A DNA stretch of 32,435 nt, taken from assembly GCA_010909165.1 (NCBI GenBank), contig VJWM01000369.1:1-32435 (forward strand), read 5' to 3'. This stretch comes from Anthoceros angustus. Its lineage: Eukaryota > Plantae > Anthocerotophyta. The notes below the pieces were generated by a model. The model saw nothing but the letters and a program-made list of their open reading frames with translations, made no database searches and had not been told where the DNA came from. Shown here piece by piece: positions 22,246 to 32,435 of the stretch. Numbering within the stretch: position 1 is the stretch's first letter; each line of letters starts with the position of its first letter. A program made the translations under genes and the position numbers.

Positions 22246-24279
22246 GTAGGAGGAAAACGAGCTACGGGCGTGTGTAGGGGAGGCCGCCTTTTCCTCAACG
22301 AACGAAGAAGAGGGTGGTGAACGACGGACAGACGAGTCGGAAGGCAAAGGGGCGGAGTTCACTGATAGCGAAAGGAAGGACGTCGTGGAAGAAGTGTTGG
22401 TATCGGGGAGTGAGGAGGAGGTACACACCCGGCGTGGCACGCACTCATGACCAGTCACGGGAATTTCCCTGTGTTGGACCTCGCGAGGCGGAGTCCACCC
22501 AACTTCGACCAAAGTGCCAGCGGTGACAGAGGTCCGTGTGGTGGGAATTTCGGAGGCTTCACGAGGGACACAATTGTGAGAGCGCCTCGATCGTATCCTG
22601 CTTTCCATTTCGATCGTTTGGGACGGACAACAGGGGAGGTCGCTACTCTCGATTAGTTGAACTTGACCCAAAGGCCGATTAGTTTTACGGTCCCGGGAGA
22701 GAAGCATAGGAGTAGCGTTGACGGCCAGGACAAGCAACATGAGTGGAGCCAGCATGGCGCAGAGGGCTGCCCGGCTCCACGATTGCCGACAATCGTCAAA
22801 TTTGGCGAGAAGAAGAAGGCGATGGCGGAGGCGTTGTGAGAACTTTCGAGCCGTCTCCCACCTTAACTTGGAGGATGGGTCATGTCGTACGCATCTTTCT
22901 TGGATGCTTTGAGAGGGCACTGTAACAATGGTATGGTCGCACCTAGCGGTGGCACCAACATGTTAGGAGCTCTCAAGGCATTTCTTAATGTTTAGGGGCT
23001 CGATTCTGGCATCATACTCTGCAAAGCGGGGACCCTCGTCGGAAGAAGAGAATCCTGTTCGATTATGTGGAGAGGTTCATGGATACGGATGGGGTTCCAA
23101 AGTGTGCACCGGGCGGGGATCCACCCACCTGCAGGTATTCACCGAGAACAAGGCGTGGAGCAAAAGTTTGGGCAACAGTCCAAAAGCGGAAGGCAAACAA
23201 GTTTGATTTTCTTTGGCTAAAAATGATTGAAGAGGAGCATGTCGGAAATTTTAGAACCTTGGTCAAGTTGTAGGATATTGTTAGGAAGTCGAAGAAGATA
23301 TCCCGGACAAAGAACGGGTCAAAAACGACCCCAGTGACAGAATGGCGGTCAAAAAGGCGGTGGTGGAGACTACCATCGTGGTCGCCACACTACAGTGATG
23401 GTGAGAAAAGGAAGCGGACTACGCGCGGTGGTGAGGCGGGGATCTCGGCCGGGAAAAGCAATGAATATAGGGGATATCCACTATATGCTCATCAATAGGG
23501 AATAAATATATAGGTTAATTAGGGGTGGCGGCTAGGATAGAAAATAGGCGTTTAGATAGGATTAGGATTTTTTAAATGATGAACCAAATCTAGGGTTATG
23601 CGACCTCGGTGGCGATCATCCAAAGAAAAAGCGGTTTGAGGCGCCAACTTCCTCTTCGATGGCGTCCTCACTTCCACAAAAGGCTGGGCGTAAGAGCGCC
23701 TTGAGAAAGAGAAGAAGGCTGCCATTGCCGCCGTCGGCTGCGACTTGTGAGCAAGAGGAGGCGGAGCGAGGAGGAAACCTAGGCGAGAAGGGGAGGAGGC
23801 GGACTCGCGCTCGAACACCAGCAGGTGTTTGGACCCGGTGGCTGTGAAGGGCAGTGCTGGAATTTGTCAAGGCGGGAGCCACGTCGAGGAGCCTAGCGGT
23901 GTGATTGAAGGGATTGAAGAGGCAGGAGAGCAAATTGCGAGCGGAGAAAAGAAGCGCTCACTGCCGTGGCTGCCTTGGGGAGGAGAAATCGCGAGAAAAT
24001 TAGCAGCGGCTAGAAGGCTCAAGCCAGGGCTAACGTGTACTTGTGCCTCGGGTTGGGTATTGCTAGTGACAAGGAAGGGGTGTTTGGGAGTAAAGCTTTG
24101 GAGCCCACGGCCACAGGTGGAGAGTAATTCTCTTCGTTAAGCGTTGGAAGTGAGAAGGTGCCATGCCTGGGAAGAGCAAGGGAAGGAGCCACCTGAGGTT
24201 CCTCCTCGAGGAGGAGGAAAGGGCCAAGCGCAGGCGCCCGCTGAGGAGGAGCTTATAATGCCCCAATTCACTTGTTTTG

Positions 24280-24900
24280 CAGCTTAACCCCGGATTTGGT
24301 TGATTTTCGGCAATGGGCGAGGAGGATAACATCAATTGGGATGGGTGTATGGCCGCCAATGGGCCTACACCAATTTAGAGTTGATTGAGGAGTGCTTCAT
24401 CAATCTCCATCAATCGCAGCCCTTGCCCGTTCAGGAAAGGAATGCTCGAGCGGATCCTCATTCTTTGGACCGTAAGGAGCATTGACGGTGTATGGGAGGC
24501 AGGAGGAAGCTCGGGTGCTCTCCTCGAAGGTCGAATGGAGGAAAGAGGGCCCTCTCAGAAATTCATGAGCTCCTCGACATGATGGACGGAGGAGTGAAGG
24601 CCCACGAGAATGGGTGGAAAAGCAGAGCATCAAGGAGGTAGTGGGCTCTTTGCGAAGATTGCTGGGTTGGTGAATTACCAAGGACTTCTTATTTCAACTT
24701 CCTCGATTTTGTGGAAGATTTCCATGGGAGCCAAGCGGTTGGGGAACAATTATATGTATGAACATCCACGAGAAGCTCCTCAAGCCGAAATTTGGATGAA
24801 GAAGGCCGAGCCTTGCTACCTTAGCACCTATTTGGTGCATTTGTGGAAGCGGAGGACTCCTCACAAGCAAGGAGTTGGAAGATGCTTGGCATCCTTGGAG
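24280..24900 (+). pseudogene. Degenerate retrotransposon accessory ORF (unknown function)
   Basis: Frame-stitched protein-like blocks: WAYTNLELIEECFINLH, LSEIHELLDMMDGGVKAHENGWK, LFAKIAGLVNYQ, SYFNFLDFVEDFHG, NIHEKLLK, CYLSTYLVHLWK. No RT, INT or transposase motifs. Confidence 0.4.
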
Positions 24901-25849
24901 ATAATCCATCTCAGCCAAGCTTGGAAAGGCCCTTGCCTTTTGCATTAAGGAAGGCGGTGGGGAGGTCGGACCTCCAAGCAGAGCAAGGCGGGAGGATGTA
25001 GAGGCAAGCAAGGTTGCGGTGGAATCTTTTCCCCAGGGGCAAGGAGAGAGGAGGCAGGCCGGCCGAGGCCGAATGGTAGTCTATGAGGGGAGGACTACCA
25101 CGGGAGGGTGACAGCCCAGGGTGGGGAGTCCCCACCATCTCGTTTGTGCCTAGCGGAGCACCCCGTGCCTACCGGTGAGGCGGCCTACCGAGGAGGTGGG
25201 ATGGGTCGACTACCACAGGGTGATGGACTACAGCGGTAGGGGAGACCTACATGATGGAAAAGCACCTCTGGGTGAGGTAAAGGAGGAAGGAGAAGCGGTA
25301 TGGCCTTGTGAGCGCCTAGGCCACCACTACCGTGCTTGGAGGAAGAGGAGGCGGATGGGGCGTAGTGAGGGGACCCAGCGCCGTCAGCGTGATATTGGGG
25401 AATGCGAGAGCTGGAGATTTCCAGCAAGGAGATGGTGGGCCCTTAGGAGACTTCTTTGAGAGTCTTGTATGGGCTATGCACTTCCACAGGAGTTAAGAAA
25501 TAAGTAGGGTTTGTTTTTTTTTTAGGATTGAAGGATAAATAAAGGCGGAAAGGAGGAATAAATTGGGGTGGCGCTTGGACGAGGCTCGGAGTATACTCGG
25601 ACTGGAGTGAACGGACCCCGGTACCACTATGGCAAGCTCCGGACTACGCGGAATGTGAGGATAAGTCGGAACCTCCCGGTCAAGCAGGATAAATCGCGAG
25701 TAACCTAGGGCGGGCGTGAGGGCAGACGGCGCCACGTGGGCGGCCACAGTGGAGGTCGGGCATCGATAGGCGGGGCCGTAACCTTGCAGGCCGTTATAGC
25801 GGTATTCACGCCCATGTGCAGCGTAAGGCAGTAAGCAGGCGTAGGGTCG

Positions 25850-28620
25850 AGTAAGCCATGCGGACCCACAGCGATTCTGGACACGCCTTCAGCCCGTGAT
25901 TACTTCCTGGCGGCCAAGGAGGAGGTCATTTTTTGACCTCGGACAATCCTCCACGGTCCCTTGCGCTCCATCTCTCTGGCGCTATCTTTTGGGCGATCGG
26001 ACAGGCGCGGCTCTCGAGGTTGGAGCGTGACAGCGGCGAAGGAGGAACATCGTGCCGTGGACTCGGCCAAGAGGAGGAGAATGGCACCCAAAAGCGGAGT
26101 CAGGGCCATGGACCCTCGTGGGCGCAACATTGTGACCGCTATCCGGACTTGAGACCTGGGAGGAGGCGGGGGAATTGGTGCGGGAGTGGCATCTGGGCGT
26201 GTTCCAAATGCGGACCTTTGAGCGTCACTCTAGTCGGGAGTTTGCGGAAGATGTGGCGATCAACAAGGAGGTCGATCAAGAACCTCGGGAGGACCAGGCG
26301 ATGGACCTTGGAGGTCCACGAGGGCCTACCTTAGAAGGAAGAAGGGCGTGGTGCAGGCCCCTTAAGGCGAAGGGAAGATAGGGGGCCGGCCACGGCGTCT
26401 TGAGGCACAGGCAGCGGACAACAACCAGCGGATGGTTGATATCCGTCTGCTGGGCGGTCGAGTAAGGCGGTAGCCGGATCATTATCCATTGGAACACCGC
26501 TCACCAAGGTGGATCACCTTGGTGATAACTGTTAGTATTCACATGCGCTCCGGTGAGGAAGGCGGAGGGAAGGATTATCTTCGCCGGTTCGATCGAGAAA
26601 CCAAGCTAAGGGCGAAGCCCTCGCCATCGGTGACCCATACGATTCATGGGGACATTTGAGCTCTGAAGGAGGGGAGCTTGAGCAGGCGCTCGGGAAGGGG
26701 CTGGAGGCCTGAGTAGGCGTGCAAGGGCGCGGGTGGGTCGTCCTTGAAGACCAAGCGGACTCGGGAGGAGGGCGGGAGGATTCGGACTCCATCGTGCAGG
26801 CGAACCCCTCACCACCCGGGGAAGTTTGGGAGGCGATTCCCCTTCCCTCCTTTTGGTGCCCCTCGGGCGGCAGCCGGGAGAGGCGTCTTGGGAGGCGTTG
26901 GCGGCTCGGCACCGGCAACCAACAACCACGGCGGGCTGCGGGCCGGCGAACTCAGCGGGGCCGAGGCGGAAGGCGGTGCCGCCTGCGCGGCACCTCGGAA
27001 GGTGCGGTACCCACCACCTTGCAGGGTAAAGAGGTGAGGCGGTGGAGGCGAGAAAGGGCGTGGCCCAAGGCGAGGAGGTCAGCGGCGGCCCACCCGGCCG
27101 GTCCCGGCGGAAGGGCAAAACTTGCTCCGGACCCCCTCACCTCCTCAAGCCCAGGAGAAAGGGCACAAAGGAGTTAGAGGCCAAGAGGGCCAAGAGGGTG
27201 AGACTCGGACCTCACCACTCGGGACTGAGGTCTGATTAGGTCAGGAGAACCCAGTCCGGACTTACTCGGGGTATGGAGGTCCTTGGCGGACCAGAAATGC
27301 GGCTCCACGGACTTTGTGGGGGCCTCACCGGCGGCGTGGAAGAAACAGGCGAGTCACAGCTTCGTCATGACGGAATGCTTTGGGGTCTCAGTAGTGCAGT
27401 GAGAAGACCCGAGTGGAGGCCACCGGAGGAGGATGGTGGAACTCAAGAGCAAGTGAGGGGCAAAGGCGGAGTCCCTCGCTCGGATCGAGGAAGGGGGTGG
27501 CCTTGAGGCCAGGCGGTTCGGGGGCCGGGCCAAGGTTCTTCAATTGTCTGAGCAGTGAACAAGAGGAGCAGGCGGAGGACCTTGCGGCGAAGAGAGCGCG
27601 GGAGGCGGAGGCCGGGCACAAGCGAGAGCTCGGGACTGGCGGCCCGGCTAAGCGGCGCCAAGTGGAGCCGAGGTAAAAGCGGCGAAGAGTGAGCCGCGGC
27701 AAGCGGCCGGATCACTACAGCGTGATCGGGCCGGTGGAGAGTCGGTGACGGAGGCTAACTCGAAGGCCGCCGCTATGGGCGAGGCGGTAGGGAGGAGAGA
27801 TGGAGGCCGGCACTCGGGAGATAGGAGATCTCAGTGCAGTGCGAGGAGTAGAGAGGCGGCGAGATGGAGGCAGCAAGGACCTGGAGCTACAACTCCAAGA
27901 TCGTCGGGCGGTGATTCTCAGCGAGAGAATCCACGACTTGAGCACGAAATAGAGTGCCTCGGCTCCGTCGAAGGCGGAGGAAAATCGGCGACTATCGAGG
28001 TTGGGCGTTGCAGGCTGAAGGAGGAGGAAGTCAGTCGGGAGGTACGACTTTGGAGAGGGCTGGCGGAGCTAAAGGCGGGAATGAGCGGAGGCGAGCCTGG
28101 GGCGAAAAAGGCTGGTCCGGTGAGAAAGGCGGAAGGAGCAGCTGCGCTATGGCGATGGATGGAAGGAAGCAGCGGGAGGCTGGGCGGTGGAACAGCAGCG
28201 GTGGAGGTGGAGGCCCTTAGCCTCGCGTGTCTGACCCGGCTCGTATCTGGCGGGAGAGGTGGCCCAACAAGCCCGGCACGCTCCGGAACACTTATGGCGG
28301 AGGGAGTATCGGGTGCTCGGGCACCGTGGAAGAGCAATTCAACAAGTCGATTCGGACTTTGCCTATTACCTGAGCTCTGAAGCGATGAAGCCTCTCGGCC
28401 GGCGCAAGCAGACGGACCCTGGAAGGCTCGAGAAGGAGATGAAGGCCACGGGGCCACAGGGGACCCTAGTGGCCTGTTTGGAGATAGCGGAGGCGGAGGG
28501 AGCGGAGGAGGCGGAAGCGAGGCGGCGGATCGGCGGTAAGCACCCGCACCTCACCATGGAAGGAGGGAAGGAGTCACTTGAGGCGATCGGGAGCAGCGGA
28601 GGACTTGAGAGAGCCACGGA
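25850..28620 (+). pseudogene. Degenerate E/R/A-rich, coiled-coil-like ORF region, probably TE accessory
   Basis: Fragments WEEAGELVREWHLGVFQMRTFE, EQEEQAEDLAAKRAREAEA, DLELQLQDRRAVILSERIHDL/EHEIECL, LEKEMKA..LEIAEAEGAEEAEARRR lie in shifting frames. Confidence 0.35.
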
Positions 28621-28649
28621 GGAGTCCGTGAGGAGAGCGGGTGGGCGTG

Positions 28650-29669
28650 AGTCGGACTTTGTCCGGACCCCGGAGGCCGGACCACGAGTCCGGACCCCGT
28701 GTCTCCGGACCACAGTCGGACCCCGTGTCGTCCGGACCACGAGGTCCGGACCCGAACAAGGTCGGACCTGGCCGGCGGACCGGAAATAAGCGGACTCCAC
28801 GAGTTGAGTCGAGGCGGACCTCGAGGCCGGTGCGGCGATGAGGAGCCCCCGCCGACTTACGCTAGGGAAGCCGATGGGGTGGCCACCGTGAAGGACCCGA
28901 GGAGGCGGCGGGGAGGATGGCGTCGTGGTAGCAGCGGTTGTCGCCCGCCGTGTAACTGGCGGATTCGGAGAGGAGGGCCCGCCTCACGGATCATCCTTAG
29001 TGCACAAGCTGTCGGGCGAGTTGGACCACCCATCCGGGGCCGGGACCTTCATTCGATCGGCGAAGGAGATAGGGAGGAAATAGGATGGTAGGCGGATTAG
29101 GGTATCTGGTGGCTGTCATTTCGAGAATAGGGGTGTAATAAAGGCCTTGCGCGATATAAGAGGTGAGGTCTAGTAAAGCATCTTTCTCTTGGTGTTGATC
29201 TGCGTTCTTGCGGACCTTTGTGAGTCTTCTTGCTAACGTGAGTCTGAGTCCGGCGAGCCGGACTCGGGAGATTGATCAAGGTCCGGTGGCGGACTTAGCA
29301 GCGTTGTGGTGTGTGCGGGGAAGGGGTGTGACCGTGCTCGTCCGGGAGCCGCGGCAGGAGCGTGGCCGGAGGAACTCGGAGAGCGTGTAGAGCACGGCGG
29401 AGGCCCGTGAGCAGCGGAGGAGGTCGGGGCTGCGTAACCAGCGTCTTTTCTAAGAAGAGTGTAGCGTGAGGAGAGAGAAAGGAATGGATCGTGAAGGATG
29501 TATAACGATCTGAGACAGGTCCTTAAGCGTTTAGCCATACAGGGCTGTCTGAGGTTGTGAGTAGTTAGGAGTATGTGTGTGTGTTGAGGTGAGCAGGCTA
29601 AGGGCAGTAGAATCACACAGTAAGCGGGCCTATCATTCCCTTGGAGCGGACTTCTTCCTACAAGCGACA
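28650..29669 (+). mobile_element. LTR-like segment A upstream of a Gypsy gag
   Basis: GTCCGGACC repeat cluster 28650-28810; TATAAG at 29155; hairpin GAGTCCGGC-GA-GCCGGACTC at 29246-29265; ends ...GCGACA; homologous to segment B; gag follows ~300 bp downstream. Left boundary uncertain. Confidence 0.6.
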
Positions 29670-29969
29670 CGGGATTGTGCGGCGGTGGCCATCGGCAAAA
29701 GTCGCCACATTTTGGCCGTTGCGAATGAAATCGATGCGTGGTCTTTAAGTCGTCCTTAGGAAGAAGGTAAGTGAATGCGTGGCGGTCGGCGGTCAGTGAG
29801 CGTCGGGAGGATCGGACGTGGTCACCTCGCGTGCTCTCGAGGCAGGGAGGAGAGGCGTCAAACCCAGCGAGAGACCGTCGATCGGAGGAGGAGAGCGTGG
29901 TCGGTGTCGGACCAAGGCAGTCACAGGGTACAAGGCGTAGCGGAAGAAGGTGGGGCGACGCCTAACCAG

Positions 29970-30400
29970 CGATGGCGTGACCATGGCCCCTACCTCGACC
30001 AAACAAGCGTACTCCATATTCGGAGGAAGAAGGAGGCGGGATCACGGAGACCTTTGTGGAGGACTTCATGTCCAAAGCCAACTTCAGCGGAGAGGAGGCG
30101 GCCTGACTCATCCAGCTTTTCAAGGGTTCTCAGGGCATGCTCAATGGTATCGGAGAAAGTACCGACCAGGAGAATGCCCCACCGCCTCGTTTGAAGCTTT
30201 GAAAATGCCTTCTTAGAGCGGTTTCGAGGATCGACCGGGAGGGTATGTATTATCAAAGTTGGAAAATGCGAGGAAGAAGGAAAGGCTGGGCTCATCGGCG
30301 GTTCTATGCCACGAGGATCGGCATCAACCCATACCACGATGCAAGCGGCGGTGGTTTGGCGGTCTAGCCAAACCCATGGCGAGCACGTCCTGGCTGGCCA
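29970..30400 (+). pseudogene. Gypsy gag (Retrotrans_gag-like) remnant, 3' truncated
   Basis: Stitched frames ETFVEDFMSKANF, LIQLF/QGF.GHAQWY and ASFEALK/NAFLERFR fit the L.G.A..W....LK..FL.RF gag pattern. Confidence 0.65.
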
Positions 30401-30504
30401 GGAAGGGCGTGGGCAAGGCGGTCGAGGCGGCGAAAACTACGAGAATCGCTACATCGGAGGACATGTCGAACATGTGCTGATTTTTTACTTCACTTCTATC
30501 TCGA

Positions 30505-31485
30505 TTTTGGAGTCAAGGACCTACGACTTCTTGGCCCCTCACTTCAACGGTTTGGCATGCATGCACAAGTCCGGGAATGTGTGTGTAAACTTCTGTGAGC
30601 CATGTGACGGCGTCAAAACATCCTTCACTATACAGCACCCAGAGCTGCACCCACTCCCCATCATGGGGCTCTTCTTGGTGGTCCTGCGACCTCATGGAGA
30701 GGCTGCCCAAGACACCAAGTAGCGTGTACATCTTGGTGATGATAGAGCACTTTAGCAAGTGGGTGGAGGCCGTGGCGTTGCCTGACAAGTCATCCAGGAG
30801 CACGTCACAGGCTTTCTTGCGAGCGTCTGAGCCGCTTTGGCAGTTCTTGAGTGTCTCACCGACCAAGGTTCAGATTCGGGGAATTCCAAGACCTGTTGGA
30901 TGTGGCACTAATTGACCACAGGAGGACCAGCAGGGACCACCCTCAGGCCGACAGGTTGGCTGAGAGGATGGTTCAAACCATCAAAAGGGCCTCCATAGCT
31001 CTGTCTGCAGCAGCGAAGGGGATTGGGACATCATGCTGCCTTATATATTGATGGGGTACGAATGAGCCGGCACGCTTCCTAGCTCATTTCTCACCCTATT
31101 TCCTTCTTTTGGCAGGGCCTGTTCCACCTAGCTCCATCGCTAAACAGATGCAGGCCGTGGTCTCGCTGGATGATCCAGCCACTTGGGCTAGGATGATAGG
31201 TGACAGGGCTGCCCTTTTCCGTCGGTGATGCCGATGGCTATGGAAAATTTGCACATTGCACAGCATCGGGACACACTAAAATGCGCCCCACTCGCGGGAG
31301 CTTCAGGCCCAAGCTTAAGAAATTCCAGGCTGGGGATTTGTGTATCTTCAACAGCTGACACTCTTGAGACTTCAGCAGCAGACATGTGCTTAGGATCAGG
31401 AGGTCAAGTCCAATGGAGTGTTGGTGCTGCAGGGATCTGATGGCAGGGTCATTTCTGATCACACCAAAATTGTGCCCGTGCCATC
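30505..31485 (+). pseudogene. Gypsy integrase fragment 1
   Basis: FGVK.TYDFLAPHF, CEPCD, LHPLPIMG, WSCDL, YILVMIEHFSKWVEAVALPDKSS, TDQG..F.GEF, DHPQADRLAERMVQTIK, SPYFLLFGR. Confidence 0.9.
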
Positions 31486-32435
31486 GGTGGTTGCGATGCT
31501 TCACGCAGCAACAATCGTGCTGAAGCCAACCATGAGCTACCAAGGGGAGTGTCTAGTCACCGATGCAAGGGTCATTTAGGCCCCACCGTATGGCAAGCCC
31601 TTCACTGGTCATCGACCATCAGCCCCTCAAATGGCTGATGACCAACACCAAGTTGAGTGGGAAGCTTGCAAGGTGGGCCATGATCTTGCAGACTATGAAT
31701 TCAAGTGGTGCACCGACCGAGTCACACACCAAAACGCTGACACTCTCGAATCCCAAGAAGGCGTAAGATGTTATGGCCGACAGACCAAGATGATGGAGAT
31801 CTGCATGTGTCGGTGGTCATGGTGGCTTTGATGCCTCGGGTGATGTCCAGTATGGGACAATCCCGAATATGGGACAGCCCCTTAGCATTGAGCACATATG
31901 TCGGGGACAGGAGGTCCAAGGACATCCGGGAAGACTCAACTCTCCTATTTGTCCAAACAGGACATTTGATCAGCCATTGAGCACGCTGAGCAAGAAAGAA
32001 TTCGCCAGCTTCCAAGTATCAATGGCGTGATGGGCATTTGCCGAGGAGGCTGACCAATGGCTGGAACGATTGGTGCCACCACGATAGGGAGCAGCTCATC
32101 CGTCGAGTGCACGATGACATGGGCCATTTTGGAGTCAAGCGCATTTTAGCTTTGCTCCTCCCGCATTTCCATTGGCAAGGGATGTACGCCCAAGTCTCAG
32201 TGGCCTGCAAGGATCGTGACAGGTGAAGACCTCCTTCACCATCCGTAACCTCACCTGCACCTTTGCCTATCATGGACCGTTTAGGTGGTCTTGTGACTTG
32301 TTGGGTGAACTACCCAAGACACCACGAGGGAACGTGTACATTCTCGCCATGATGGAGCACTTCTCAAGTGGGTGGAGGTGGTCTCTGGACAAGAGCTCCA
32401 AAAGCACCGCCAGCCTTTCTTTCAATGTGCCGAGT
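31486..32435 (+). pseudogene. Gypsy RNase H end + integrase N-terminus, fragment 2 (runs off window)
   Basis: ASRSNNRAEAN, DHQPLKWLMTNTKLSGKLARWAMILQ, HQNADTL, VHDDMGHFGVKR, MEHFS; the RNase H peptide nearly matches that of the element at 260-540. Confidence 0.9.

Noticed and set aside
22078-22920. 280-aa minus-strand ORF as a real gene
   Set aside because: No recognisable motif; it runs into the TCCGGA repeat array and is plausibly open by chance in GC-rich sequence.
20729-29669. DIRS/tyrosine-recombinase element with inverted terminal repeats
   Set aside because: The repeats are too diverged for one element's ITRs, gag lies outside the pair, and I found no RT or recombinase motifs between them.

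Overview
Eukaryotic nuclear DNA, most likely from a non-seed streptophyte plant (inference). One intact host gene, a three-exon double-B-box BBX22-like transcription factor on the minus strand (16362-17746), sits among LTR retrotransposons. On the left, a minus-strand Ty3/Gypsy element (gag with zinc knuckles, protease, C5 cytosine DNA methyltransferase, RT, RNase H) has been split inside methyltransferase motif VI by a structurally complete 7.5 kb Ty1/Copia element (2344-9839). The Copia has near-identical LTRs, a GTATT target-site duplication, PBS and PPT, and carries an intron-containing antisense ORF between pol and its 3' LTR. Next to the BBX gene is a pre-miRNA-like hairpin (15038-15130) whose arms spell the plant LRR consensus. 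On the right are two diverged, inverted LTR-like segments, degenerate accessory ORFs, a Gypsy gag remnant and two abutting Gypsy RNase H/integrase fragments. TE reading frames are broken by small deletions near CG/CHG sites, which may be long-read basecalling errors on methylated DNA rather than real decay. All domain calls come from reading motifs by eye; no searches were run.
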